Source: Lama glama
Taxonomy: Eukaryota
Direction of reading: 5' to 3'
Assembly: GCA_028534125.1 (NCBI GenBank)
Contig: CM052817.1
Coordinates: forward strand, 93,622,001-93,686,000
Length of the DNA stretch: 64,000 bases
The position numbers were made by a program, and so were the translations under genes. Below, piece by piece: positions 14,366-27,580 of this stretch; within the stretch, counting starts at the first letter, position 1, and every line of letters starts with the position of its first letter. The notes below the pieces were generated by a model. The model had not been told where the DNA came from. It did not search any database and worked only from the letters and a program-made list of their open reading frames with translations.

Positions 14366-14736
14366 GCATCTCTACATAGCAGTTATGTCTCAGATCCAGC
14401 TTCCCAAGTTCTGTTGGCAATCAAGGGCAAGCAAACAGATTTCCCAAGGTACTGTCAGATTAACAGGCTACTGATGGACATGCTGTCTTTCAAATCATCT
14501 TCAGGGCAGCAGACAATTCTCCATGAACTCTGGGTTACCAAGAAGTAGACAGGTATTCCATTCTTCCCCTAAGAATTATTTCCAATAATTCATCTTCCTT
14601 CAGATTGTGATGGTCTGGAAAACAGACCACTACGATTTTTCTAAACTGGGCATCAGCACAAGCACACTGTTCCTTGCATGAGATTATCCCAGAATCCCGC
14701 AGTGATATGTGACTTCTGTACCAGCTGATCCTGAAT
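14366..14736 (-). pseudogene. Pseudo-exon, phase 2->2: FRISWYRSHISLRDSGIISCKEQCACADAQFRKIVVVCFPDHHNLKEDELLEIILR/GKNGIPVYFLVTQSSWRIVCCPEDDLKDSMSISSLLI*QYLGKSVCLPLIANRTWEAGSET*LLCRD
   Basis: ctgtcccatcctccattcgtgtag|A (alternative AG 6 nt further in) and GATGC|gtgagt. 371 nt, becoming 372 when one G is restored; two stops remain. Confidence 0.75.
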
Positions 14737-17189
14737 CTACACGAATGGAGGATGGGACAGCAGGTGCTACGGAAAAATTACTAGAGGTAAGGCTGGCAAG
14801 AGTGAAGCTCACCACCTTCTGCAATTGTGTTAAAATAAAAGAACAGTAATCACGTCAAAGAAAAGCCTACTTTAAAAAATAAAAAAGAGAAGCTACCACT
14901 GTGCATGGTGGGAGCCAGCAGCCGCTGCATTAGCAGCAATTTGGCACACACGTGCCGTACATGCTGCCTCTCTTCCCAAACGCGTTATGCCTGCTGCTGC
15001 CAGTGTGCCCTTGCTGTAAAGGCCCTAGTGGTCTTGGAACGCCTTCACCAGTCACTTCCCTAACTGCTAAAACACAGAATCATCACATGGGGAAGAAAAT
15101 ACATCTACTCATGGATGGCTACACGTGGTGCAAAAGAAGATGTTACAAAATTATAAATGAGTTTTTAAAGGCCCAAGACTGGACCTAGAATTTGGACTGG
15201 ATCCTGCAGTTATTAAAGCCGTCAAATGAGACCACAAAAAGTATATAAGAGAAGAGAACATAGGACTTTCATGTGCTGACCTAGGTCTGTTCAAGTGGGT
15301 GGCAAGAAACCCAGGTGACCAGAGGTCTGTGAAACTTGTAGTTTGTTCACACGACATTTTGCCATGTGGGTAGGAGAAACTGGGCAGAGAAGATGTAAAT
15401 TAACACTTATGTCAGCTGGCACTAGAGATGTTCCAGAAAGAACAAAAATAACTCATAAAGGGGACAGTGATAGTTATTAATAGTAGCATCATCTATCTAT
15501 AAAGAATATGATCCAACAAAAGAGAAGGAATTTTTGTAAAAGCCTTTTTGACAGACAGTGTGGTGAGTATAAAATAAATATCTTCATAAAATGGGCCTGG
15601 GCAGAGCCACTTGCGGGAGGCACAGTGCAATCTCCCTATCTGGCGTTTTTCCACACTTGTTAAACTGTAACAGCTGAGTAAAAATCAGGGGAAAAAAATC
15701 AACTTCCCCAATAAGTTCCCTATAAAACCAAAATGAATAACAGTCCGCATGATCATGTGAGAACGCATGAAGCGCTCAGCAGTTCACTGTCCATTTTGCT
15801 ACTGATGTTTAAAGTACAATTTCTCCTAACCAGAGATTAATTACCATTTCTATCGGGTTATACACCTGGAACACGGAGAATGAACTACTGAGATCGAGTC
15901 TCACTTTTACTAGCTTATGAGCTGTGTGACCTCAATCTGAACTTCGCTAAGTCTCATTTTCTTTATCTGAAAACCAGATATAAGAATAATATTGTGCCTC
16001 TTACCTCCAAGGATCGAATTAAATTAATCTGTAACTCCAGCTAACCTTGCCATTTTTTTTTGCTCTGAATGGGGTCATATTTATTTTTAGCCCAAAATTA
16101 CCATGATCCTGAGACTCTACCTGCCTGCGCAAGAAGTCAGCCCCTCCCAAAGATTCTATCAGGTATTTTTGAGAGTCTAGAGAAGGGACTCAAGCAACTG
16201 CAACCATTCTCCCTGTCCTCTCCTGCTCCCACCTACCACTCCTGCTGCCAAAATCCTGCTGGGAGAGGGGAAATTTACCGCCACCTTGCAGAACAAGGCA
16301 GTTGTGAGAACACTTTTGTTCTGTGCCAAGTCAGCTGCCAACTGATGCTTGCGAAACTGCTCGCCTTCAGTTTGCTAAAGCAGTGCCTGATTCCTTGTGG
16401 AGCCAGGAAACAGGGTCGTCTTCCCAACTCTGTGATGCTCTTTACACCTGCGCGGTGAACAGCCCCACCAGGGCTGCCTCTTTCTGGAATCTCAGTCTCC
16501 TGCGCCTTCCCCCTCCTTCCATAATGTATCACCCAGCCCATGGAACTCAGTAAGAAAAGCCATCCCTTGTCACTCCTTCCAACCGTCTGTCTCCTCCCAT
16601 CCCACACCTCAAACAAAACCTCTGTAAAGGCTTTCCAGTTTCCAGACACAAAGCCCTGAGCAAGTAAACGAATGCAAACAAATACTGGTGATGAGTGCAA
16701 AGTGGGTGGGATACACAAACAGCCCGTGAGACTCAGCTCAGTCAGCCAAGGTATCTGTTTGCATGTGGATGCATTCTTATATCCAACACATATTTCACGG
16801 AACAAGTTTACCAAAGTAGCTGCATTTGTAGGGAGAAATCAAGAAACGATAGTATTTGTTTCATAGAATAGCTTTCAAATCCACTTTTTTGGATAATCCT
16901 TTCTTCCCCTGAACACTACCTCAGAAAGGCCCTCGAGTCTTCGCTGGTTGTTTTCAAGTATTGACAGTTGCATTATCAGATATTAAACACTCCTATTCCA
17001 ATCAAAGCCAAAACCTTAATCTCTCGGTGGACTTAAAGCCTCTCTGCATCCCCCAGCTGTCGGCTCAGGCTTAGAAACCTGCCATGTGCTCGGTGCTTTG
17101 CCCTCCTTGTTCTAGACTCTCTGTACTCTCCTCTTCTGACAGGGAGAGAGGAGGAAGGAAAACAAAACAAGGGCCTCATTTTGTTTACA

Positions 17190-18265
17190 GAAAGCTTTTC
17201 AAAGATAAACTATTTATTTTGAAGTGTTAGATACACAAACAAATTGCTAAGATAACAGAGTTCCCACACACCCCATCCCCAGTTTCCACTCTGATTCACA
17301 CCTTACATTAGTGTGGAACATTTCTTAGCATTAATGAACCAATATTGATCCATTACTAGTACCTGAAGTGTGTGCTTTATTCAGACTTCCTCGGTCTTTA
17401 CCCAATGTCTCTTTTCTACTCCAGAATCCCATCCAGTATACGCTGTTAGATTTAGGTATCACATCTCCTTAGGTTCCTCTAGCCTAAGACACTGTCTCAG
17501 ACCTTTCCAGTTTTGAGTGACTTGTTCGGCGGAAGACTGGTCAGCTGCTTTGTAAGGCGTCTCTCAGCTGGGATTTGTCTGGTGTTTTCGGCCTGATTAG
17601 ACTGGGATTGGGAGGAAGCCCACAGAGGTGATGTGTCATTTTCATCACATCACAACAAGGGTACACATGATCAGCATGACTGGTTACTGCTGACGTCGAC
17701 CTTGATCACCTGGAGAAGGCTCCTTCTGGTCAGGTTTCTCCACTGCAAAGTTACCCTTCTTTTCCCCTTTCCATACCGCAGTTTTTGGAAAAAAGTCACT
17801 ACATGTAGACCACGTTCTAGGAGTGAGGGTTGTACTTCACCTCCTTGAAAGCCAAGAATCTACATAAATTATTTGCAAGTCTTCCACATAGGAGATCTAT
17901 CCATTCTCCCCCATCTACTTATTTATTCAATGACTTCTTTTTGTCTATATGGACACACGGGTACTTATTTCATACTGTGAGTTACAGTCCAATACTACTT
18001 TATTGTGTTGTTCAAACGATTCCAGCTCCGGCCACCGAGAGTCCTTTTAGCTGGCTCCTGTGTCCCTTTGCCGTATCTCCAGCATTGTGTGTGTTGGGAG
18101 GGAGGAGTAGGGTGTTGTGAGTTACTATTAGCACTTCCTTACTCTCTGGCAGTAAAAGACATTCCAGGCCCATTTTATGTATTCACTGTATCAGCCCTGG
18201 GCCAACCTTTTCTCCAAAGAGCCTTGGTTCCTTTCATTGAAGAACTGTATTAGAAACCAAGATCT
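17190..18265 (-). mobile_element. Old LINE-1 3' region (L1MC-like)
   Basis: acagagttcccacacacccc..ccagtttcc..aatgaaccaatattgat..ccaggatcccatccag-like motifs..tattagaaaccaagatct. Confidence 0.75.
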
Positions 18266-18699
18266 TTTGGTCTGTTTTACTTCGTTCTTTTTCATACCTA
18301 CACAGCTTCTGCTTTATGGCTATACCATAATAATAAATTTAACTAGTCACTGATGGGAGTACATTTAAGATTTCACCGATCAGAATCTGCATCACAGTTC
18401 TAATCCATAACATAAGGAGACACGTAGAACAACCCCACGAAATTCAAGCACTGTAAACAGTGTTGGAATATAAAGCAACTGCCAGTGTTTGCTCTGACAA
18501 GGAAGTAACACTGCACTCGATGATTCCCAGGAGAATAGATCTTTTTCCTTCTGTTGGATTATGTCATGAGGTAAATTTTTAGAAGTGTGTTCACTGGCAC
18601 AAAGTGAAGAACATTTTTATAGTGTCTGCTATGCACTGCCATTTTGCATTTTTAAAAAGTTCGGAGCAATATCCAATGCCAACAACAATGAAATAATAG

Positions 18700-18935
18700 C
18701 TAAGTTTTTTCAAATGTTTATTTTACACCTGTTACTGTTATAAGCGCCTTATGTCTATTAACTCATTTGTCTCACAAAAGCCCTAAAAGGTTTGGATTCT
18801 ATTATTATCATCAACCCCATTTCATCAGATGAGAAAACTGAGAAACAAAGAGAAAGTGATTTGCCTAAAGTTGCATGATGTTTAACAGGCAGAGCTGAAT
18901 TTGAATCCAGTCTGACTTCAGAACAGTACATTTCA
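18700..18935 (-). mobile_element. MIR SINE
   Basis: attaactcattt..ccccatttcatcagatgagaaaactgag..gatttgcctaaagttgca..cagtctgacttcaga. Confidence 0.8.
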
Positions 18936-19529
18936 TTGTCACCTCACATTGACTAATTACATATATCAAACTTTTAGATACTAGAATTCTGGCAAGAATT
19001 CTAAAAAAAGGGATGTATTAATAGCATAAAATACTTTAAGACTGCTATGTTTTGATTTCTTTGACTTAGCTACAATGACTTTCCCATATTTCCACTGCCG
19101 TTGTCATTATTCTGCCTTGTTTGTATTTTTCTTTACGTAAAATGCCTGTCTAAGGATGTCTGCAATAATTAGTTGAAATTACATCTGAAGTTGGTGTATG
19201 TGAGGTGACACAGTACCTAATTTTTAGTGACAGGGAAGTAGATACTGAGTCTTTATTCTCTTGGTGGTATCTCCTCTCTCTGCCTGTTCCTTTCCGATTC
19301 TTGCTCTCAGATGAAGTAGCCTCTGGCAGCTCCATTCAACAGTCTCACTCAAGAGACATCTCCTTGCTAACAGTTTCTACAGCTACAAACTAATATATGA
19401 AGGACAGAAGTCCCCAGGATGGGAACGTTTTCTAATTTTCCTCCTCCAGATAACACTCAAGTGATTTTTACTATAGCGTGATGGAATCTCAAGGTACAAA
19501 ATGTATATGGTCAAACTATACTTAAGCTA

Positions 19530-19660
19530 ATGTAAAATTTATTAATCAAAGCTGGACATTTTGAGAGGCAAAGGGGAAGCTCTTTTTTATTTTTACTCTG
19601 GGTTAGCAGATATAAACAAAACTGTCTTGAACAAACCAGGACATTTGGTCACCCTGTCCA
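19530..19660. mobile_element. Short hAT-type MITE (MER81-like)
   Basis: ..ctgtcttgaacaaaccaggacatttggtcaccct terminus resembles the recalled consensus. Confidence 0.45.
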
Positions 19661-19812
19661 TGGTAAACAATTTACCTGCTGATATACGGGTTGATTAGAC
19701 ACACATCAGAAGGTGCTCATTGCTTTCACTCTTAACATGAGCAGTATCCCCTCTACTGGTCACAGAGCTTCACTTTCCTTGTGGTAAATCCACCTTCCTT
19801 CTTATGAAATGC

Positions 19813-20305
19813 TGTGATAGGCTCTTTTTTAAAATCTTTCCACAAATGGCCACAAGAATGGCTTCCATGATCATTGGCCATGTGATTCTGCCACATATTC
19901 CACTAAGAGGCAGGGTTTATTTTCCCTCACCCTGAATTTGAACTGATCTTGTGATTTGCCTTGACCAATAACAACATGTGGAGGAAATGATGTTAAGTGT
20001 TGTCTAGGGCCCAGACCACCAGAGCCTTGGCCACTTTCTCCTTTGCCCTTTAGGAATCATGCCCCGAGACCACCTTCACGTGAAGAAGCCCAGGACGAAA
20101 GTGTCAACAGTGGGGTCTATCCCCCCAACAGAGGCCAACCATCCCCCCTCTCTTGACCTATACCCTGAAAGATAGGGCCCAGGAAAGACCGGCAGAAACA
20201 CCATCCAGGCAATCCACAGAACTGTGAGAAACAACAAATCACATTTTGTTTTAAGCCAGTAAGTCTGGAGCTGGTCTCTTACACAACTAAGGAAAACCAC
20301 AACAA
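19813..20305 (+). mobile_element. MaLR LTR (MLT1F-like)
   Basis: tgtgataggc..aaatggccacaa..cttgtgatttgccttgaccaata..ccacagaactgtgagaaacaacaaat..tgttttaagccagtaagtctgg. Confidence 0.8.
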
Positions 20306-22699
20306 GTGCTGAAAATAAATTCTCTCTTCCTCCGTAGTTCTTCAGACACTCGTAGTTTAAGAACTACAATAAAGCCAGTTGGGATTTACCCAAGCCACCA
20401 AGTTTCAAAGACTGTGCAGGTTTTAAAATCACCACAATCTTTAGCACATGGGCTCTCTGCCGCCAGCTAAAGCAGCAAGCTTGCCCCTGTCAGCTCTTTG
20501 GTGTAAAGCGGAAACCAATAAAGTAGGGACTGAGTTTGTACCGTATCTCATATCCCTGCAGGCTTCACACCGCACAGATTAAAGGGCATTATTTTCTGCT
20601 TTTTGTTCTGGCCTCCAAAATTAATGTCACCTCAGTTACCTTCGAACAAGCAACACCTTTTCCTGCTGGGCTCCAAAGCCACTGTTCATTCATTAAAAGT
20701 TTCTATTATTGGAAACCAAGTGTTGAGCTGGAGGAAATACATCATGTCATCAGCCCTCATAACATCACCATGTACCAGACACCAGAGAGAGTAAATTCAT
20801 TGCCCTGGTTTTCCCAAATAGATCGGGACTCACTCCAATTCAAGGACTATTTATACCAGAACTTGTGGAGTCTCCTAATGATTTGTATCTTCCTGAATGT
20901 CCAAATTAAGAGAGATCTGATTTCTTGAAAAGACCTTCCCATATGCCCTGCAGATTCTATGATTCTGCACGGGAAAACTATGTCAGTCAATGATCCAGAC
21001 ATGTAGTGGGGTCAGGGCTTTGAGGAGGCTATAGTCAGTTCTTAAACATTTCACAGGCACTTTCATAGGCTTTTCAGACAATGTCAGAAGAAAGAATAAT
21101 TGAGATGAATGTACACATTTAGATGACAGAGAACCTAGGTAGTTTTTCACTTGAATGATTCCTCAAGCCACTCAGAAGCCCCCTTTATCCTAAACAAAAT
21201 CATTCCCCCTGAGATAGAATTAAATTCTGGAAGGTAACTGCCAGCAGGTTTCAAAAGCAGACTTGTTGATACACAAATCCTTTTATCTGTAAGCATCTTT
21301 CCTTTGGGGAAACTCAGTGAATATTATGATAAGTGTCATTTAAAAATTAGTCATTAACAAATTGTATTCACTGTGGTAAAATATGTACTGTCTGTCTCTA
21401 AGGCTCCTGAGACCTTTTCTGGAACACCAGGAGCTGTAAAAGGCGAGAGCAATTAAAGTACCACCAAGCAAGGCGCTAACTCCCTTTCACAGAGTCTGTA
21501 GGTTGAAAAACAAATGCCCTAACTCCATAGTAAATTTGTTCTGGAAATAACCATTATTCTATTAAAAAAAAAAAAAAGACTGAGACAAACTTCCTGCATC
21601 AAGAAGAGCTATACAATTTAAAAATATCAGATTAAGACACAGCTGTTCAAATACATATTTTCAAATATTTTGGATCTTAAGACTGTTTGCCTAAAGGAAT
21701 TTTTCAATCTTTTTCACATGCAACATTCTGGCCTTGAAAGTGCTAAAATTCCATGAGGAAGCTTCTGGCAATATTTCTGTTTCATTAGAGAAAGAATGTT
21801 GAAATCAGTTTACTCTGAACTCAGATCAAATTATAAAATGAGAAGCCCTGAAAAAGACAGTTTCAACTATCTGTGGTACAAGTATAAGTCTTTTAAGTGG
21901 AAATCAGAGGCAAATGCTTTAAAACACAAAGAAAAAGATGACTAAAAATGTTTTTAAATTCTAATCTTTTCTTCTTATTATAAGAGACTGTATTATCAGT
22001 GTAAAAGAATTGGGAAATCTAAAAATACAAACAAAAATATAAAAAAATAAAATCTATATAACATAGTAACAAGATTACTAACAAATGCTATATTTTGTAA
22101 TATTCTTTTCCTTCTTACACATATGGTATTATAATAAAAATATAGTATTATATCCTTATTTTTTTACTTGACATTTTGGCATGAGTATATCCCCATGACC
22201 TTCAATAAGAATAAAAAATAAAAAAAAGGGAAAAACACAAACTTTAATACTGTACAAATTTCACCTTGTAGATTTCCAACAGTTCATTTCATTCCCTTTC
22301 CTTGTTGGATATTTTGGAAATACATAAAAAGCAGATGAGCACTTTATTTAAAAATAAAACTAGCCATAAAATTGAGTTTATGTAAATAAATAAATAAACT
22401 ATACTAAAGGCTACAGTGGTAGCTTTTTTATTACTATGCACTCTGAGCACTCGCTATTTGGTTAACTAATACAAAGCTTTTATAAATTGTCATATGTGTC
22501 TTTATATGTGTATGATGTGTTTTTCACATTTTCAAAGTGTTTCAGTCCTAGCTGACATAAAGCCTGGCACCAGCATTGGTCTGGTATTGAAATCTCTTGA
22601 TCTCTAGAGAATGTACATCAGATTCTGGTCTGCCAATCTGATCCGAAATAAAAACTAGCAAACTCTGAAGTTGTTTTTTTTCTGATGTCTCTATACAAA

Positions 22700-23692
22700 A
22701 CATGCACCCTAATGTTCATAGCAGCACTATACACAATAGCCAAGACGTGAAAACAATCTCAGTGTCCATCGACAGATGACTGGATTGTAGGTCCCCAACT
22801 GTGGGAACCAAGGAACGAGCCTTGGGCTGGAATGGTAAACAAGTTCTAAAAAGATGCAGACTCAGAGGTGAGAAGGCTGGTTAGCCAAGGACGGGTAAAA
22901 TCCCCAGAGGGGGGAAACCTAAGACAGGCACAGCCGCCTGAGTCCAAGAAGAATGTTGTAAAGCAGCCGTTTCTCATACATTCTGCCCTGATAAGCTGTA
23001 AGGCTCGCTGGTGCCAACACGAGCATGATTTACCAAAACATAAAGGGTCTTCTAACCTTGAGCCAGACACTGCCTGTTAACCATTTCCCTTGTCATTCTT
23101 CTTTGTTATATAAGACCATGCAACTTAATAAAGCTTCAGAGTAGCCATCAGCTCTCTCCGCATATAGTGTGTATGTGTACATGGTATCACGACACCGACA
23201 CTGGATAGAGAAGATGTGGTATATTTATACAATGAAATACTACTCAGCCATAAAAAAGAATAAAATAATGCCATTTTCAGCAACATGGATGGACCCGGAG
23301 ATTGTCATTCTAAATGAAGTAAGCCAGAAAGAGAAAGAAAAATATCATATGATATCACTTACCTGTGGAATCTAAAAAAAGAAAAAAGAAGACACTAATG
23401 AACTCGTCTACAGAACAGAAACAGATCCACAGACATAATACACAAACATGGTTATGGAGAGGGGGAGAGAGGAAAGGGATAAATTGGGAGTTCAAGATTT
23501 GCAAATATTAACTACTATATACAAAACATATAAGCAACAAGGTCCTACTGTATAGCACAGGGAACTATATTCAATACCTTGTAATAGCCCATAATGAAAA
23601 AGAATATGAAAAGGGATGTATATATAAAAGAACCACTATGCTGTACAGCAGAAACTGACACACTGTAAACTGACTATACTTCAATAAAAAAG
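22700..23692 (+). mobile_element. LINE-1 3' end (cetartiodactyl type) interrupted by a solo LTR
   Basis: ORF2 C-terminus WI(E)KMWYIYTMKYYSAIKKNKIMPFSATWMDPEIVILNEVSQKEKEKYHMISLTCGI, then 3'UTR and AATAAAAA. Confidence 0.92.
22786..23200 (+). mobile_element. Solo retroviral LTR, 415 bp, perfect 6-bp TSD CTGGAT
   Basis: Starts TG, ends CA; ctggat at 22780-22785 and 23201-23206; TATA-like ttatataag near 23107 and AATAAA near 23127. The L1 sequence rejoins seamlessly when it is removed. Confidence 0.9.
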
Positions 23693-25911
23693 TTAAGAAC
23701 TAATAATATGTTAAGCCTCTGTATAAAGACTTACTCTTTTTCTGCACATGATATCAGTTTTGTTCTACAGAATAATTACAGAGAAGACAACAATTTATAG
23801 AGAAGATATACATCTTTTTTTTTTAAGAACACATATTAGCTTTCAGGATCAGGTGGTTTCAATTCATATACCCTGCTAGGGATAAAGGGAAGAAAAGGAC
23901 CCTCCATTACTGCCCTCAGTTATTGGAAAATCTGTTTTCAACATGAATAGAAAACACGGTTTCTGCTCTAGGGTACGAATGGCCACAGCCCCCTCTGCAG
24001 ACCAGGACAGCATGGAGCATGCCCCAGGCATCAGCACAGAACCTCAGGCACTCCCCAGCAGACACTTCCCATTACCTGACTATTTACTGCTATATCTTCA
24101 GGGCACAGGCAAGCATTTGAGAGGTTTTGTGAATTTCATTTTGTTTTGTTTTGGGATGAATGAAAGAATCACCTCCCTGAGGGCCTGTTGCCTTCTAATT
24201 ATAAACAGCGCAGTGACTGCTGCCCTGCCCATCAGATTTCCTTAAAATAAAGGCAGAGATTTCCTTCTGGAGTTTCCTGCTAGGATTATCCGCACTTCTC
24301 CCCTTCACTGACCTCCTTAGATAAGGCAAAAGCCAGTCAAAGGGCAGTCATTCCTCTTACCTCTTACGGAAATATCACACCTTCAACATTATAATGAGTT
24401 TGGAGAAAACGGGGATTACAAACCAACATGATTACATAAATGGTCTAAACAAGAAAAGCATCTCTTTTTGTGATGCCAACATTCTGATATATGAGGGATT
24501 TATAAACCTCCCGTACCTTGGAACTACTCTTTCCTTTCTTAATACCTTGTAATTTTCCTCCCATTTCTCTCAAAATCAGTCTTTGGCTTGTCTCTATTTT
24601 ATCCCCAGTGCCTAGGACAATACCTGAAAGACAGTAGGCACTCGAGAAATATTAGTGGACTTCAGAGGTCATAGCAGGACCCTCTGGGCTCCACTGTCGC
24701 TCTGTGTCTGATCCACCTTAAGGCGAATCAGGCCTTGGAGGACCAGTTTGGCCAAGCCCCTCTCCAACCAAGAATCCACAGAAGCTGCCTTTGACAGCAC
24801 CTTCCACAGTCAACACCCTTGCTTTCAAGCTCTTCTCCTTCTTTGCTGTATCCCACCTCTCTAGACAACGCTGTTATCACGAACCAAAGGCACCCTTTCT
24901 GATCCCACCAGGCCTTCCCAAGGTCTCTTCTTCACCTCCACCCTTGCCACAATGCAAGCACATTCACAAACATCTCAGGACCCATCACCGACTCAGAAGA
25001 GCCCACCTTTCTTTCTCCCTCTCAAAACTCCATTTATGCTTCAAAAGAAGTTCAACTTTGCTTTGTGACATATTTTTCTTTTCTTACTCTGCATTGAGAT
25101 TATCCTAGTTTGAACTTACACTTACTGCTTTATTCCTTTCCTGTTTTTCTGTGGTTTGCCTCTCCATTCCCTCCTTAAGGCTCCCAGCAATTTTCCAGTA
25201 GTCTCAGTATAATTCATGTGAAGGCTGTGAGACTGTGTGGAGGCTCACAGATCACAGAGGCTGCCTAATCACTGGTAAGAGACTGATTTAATTTACTACC
25301 CAAGTCCTGTCAGATGCACAATATGGCCATGTAAAAGTCACAGAAATGAATCTTAAGGTTTCGGCTCAACCAGAAATGCAGGTCGATGAGGATGTGGTTG
25401 TGTGTACATAAGTAAATGCGCGTTTTTATCCTAAAAGACAGAACTCAGCTTTCTCTCCTGTTCCTCTCTGGGTACTTATTTCTCTTTCCCCCTTTTCTGA
25501 AAGATTATCATGCTCAACTTCACATTGTTGGGTAGCACATTAACTCAAAGTGTTTAAAACTTCACTGATATGAACACTGTCCCCAAAATGCTTTATCACT
25601 GATAAAAAAATATGATCTAAAAATTCCCCCTCCCCAAAAAAAGCTTATCTAGGGTACTATCTATAAATATCTATTGTGCTGCTGACTTCCTAAAAACCAT
25701 GTATCTGCTTAGTTGCATTTATCATCCTAATTTCACACATACTCATTTTCTCTTGAATAGGAAAAATCTTTCTTGAAGAGTCAGCTATTCTCTAAACCCT
25801 TTGATACTGCTAGTTTGTTTGTTCACTGTTCCTGCCAGCCCCATGCACCAGCTGAAACAAGAATGTAGTCATAATTCATCTAGAAGTAACGAATATGCTA
25901 GCCTTCTAACA

Positions 25912-26102
25912 CAGCACTGTCCAATCCACCTTTCTATGATGATGGGAATGCTATTCAGTTTGCACTGTTGGAGACAGAAGTCACTAGCCATATCTGGCTA
26001 CTGAGCACTTGAAGTGTGGCTAGTGTGGATGAGGAATTGGAGTTTACATTTTAGATAATTGAAACAGCCACACAGAACTCGTAACTACTGTTTTAGACAG
26101 TG
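25912..26102. mobile_element. hAT-Charlie MITE (MER3-like)
   Basis: cactgtccaat..tgatgggaatg..cactagccatatctggctactgagcacttgaagtgtggctagtg..ttagacagtg; inverted termini. Confidence 0.75.
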
Positions 26103-27164
26103 TAAGTCCAATATAATCAACACTGTTACGGTTATGCATTTACTGAAATTACAAAGGGTAAGTAAATAACATTCAGGATAAAATAACATGTATTTTAACA
26201 GTAATATGCTTCTCATACTTGGAGTTCATATCTCTGGGTAAATAAAAACAAATATTTGGAAAGAATATTTCCTAGGTGTCAGAAGATGTGTTTTCAGCTA
26301 TATTCCAAGCTAGTTGTGCAGTGTTGGGAAAACTGTTTTCTTTCTCAGGGACTTAAACATTTAGAACATGTGATCACCCACTTTGAAACGATTTGATTCT
26401 GTATTAGTTTCAAAGTACCTTAAGGATATTTTTGAGGATCAACTGAGAAAAAAAATGTCTGAACACTTTGCAGACTGGAAAATGGCACACCAATGTACAC
26501 ATACTTAAAGAAAAAGATGATGCAAACTCATCAATTCTCAAATTTACTGGAATCTTGCTGCTGAAACCCTAGTTTATTAGTTTTTCTGGACCACTCCAGA
26601 ATACATGCTGGTATGGGTAAATAAGAATCTAGAATAGTTCAGATCTTGTTTTGTTTGCTCCAAGGAAAAGCAAGTAATGACAAGCATATAACACACAATA
26701 AGTAGGAATTAAACATTTTATCTGGCCTGAGTAGTTACAAAATCTCTTTTTATTTTTTCATTCGTGTGCAAAAACAAGACTGGCTTCTCAAGTGCTTCAG
26801 TTCTCCTCTGAGAGGTCTCTCTGGAAGGACAGGTTTCTGCAGCCTGCAGGATAGCACACACACTGTGATTGTACACACTGCGCACACAGGTGTGCTGTCA
26901 GCAGGTCTGCCCCACCAGCCACCTTCAGGAGGAGAAGGGACAGGGGAAGGATGGTGTCTCCGGGTTGTGGTTCTCAAGAAGATGGCCAGTGCATGAGAAA
27001 GCACTCTGTTGCTTCTGCCTCCAGTGTGAGGGGTCCACACCCTGGTAGGTGCTTAAGATGATCCATGTGTATACAGAAAGAAAATAAGAAAACTTCTACT
27101 AATATTTATTGTGTATATAAAAAACTAAGAGAGAAATTAAGCTTCACAAACATTTAATATACAC

Positions 27165-27580
27165 TGTATAGAGACTGCTAATTGCCTATCGCAAAATCCA
27201 CCCTTTCCTGTTTAGTAAGAAAACCCCAATTTTTAGCTCAATATGTTGTCACTTAGAATAAAGATTGCCATTTCCTAGCCTTCCTAGCAGCTAAGTTTTG
27301 GCCACTGTGATGCAGTCACAGTACTGCTGCTTAGAATGTGGACGTGATAGCTAGGGACTCAGCAGCTACCTTATGCCATGAGGAAGAAGACTTATGTGAG
27401 GACAGAAGGTCAGGAAGAAGAGAGCTTTTTACTTGATGACCTCAGGGAGCTACCAAACAGCTTTCAACAGTCAACCTCCAGATTTCACATGCAAGAAAAA
27501 TAAAACGTCATCTAGTTTAAGACACTATTTTAGATAATTTTCTATGTCATGCAGCTGAACCTAAGCTTAACTGTTACATA
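27165..27580 (+). mobile_element. Old MaLR LTR (MLT1J/K-like)
   Basis: catttcctagccttcctagcagcta..gcagctaccttatgccatgagg..gtttaagacactatttt..gcagctgaacctaa. Confidence 0.65.

Noticed and set aside
16069..16866. Overlapping ORFs, including the longest in the window (179 aa)
   Set aside because: No recognisable domain, no phase-compatible splice sites, and ORFs on both strands as expected by chance.
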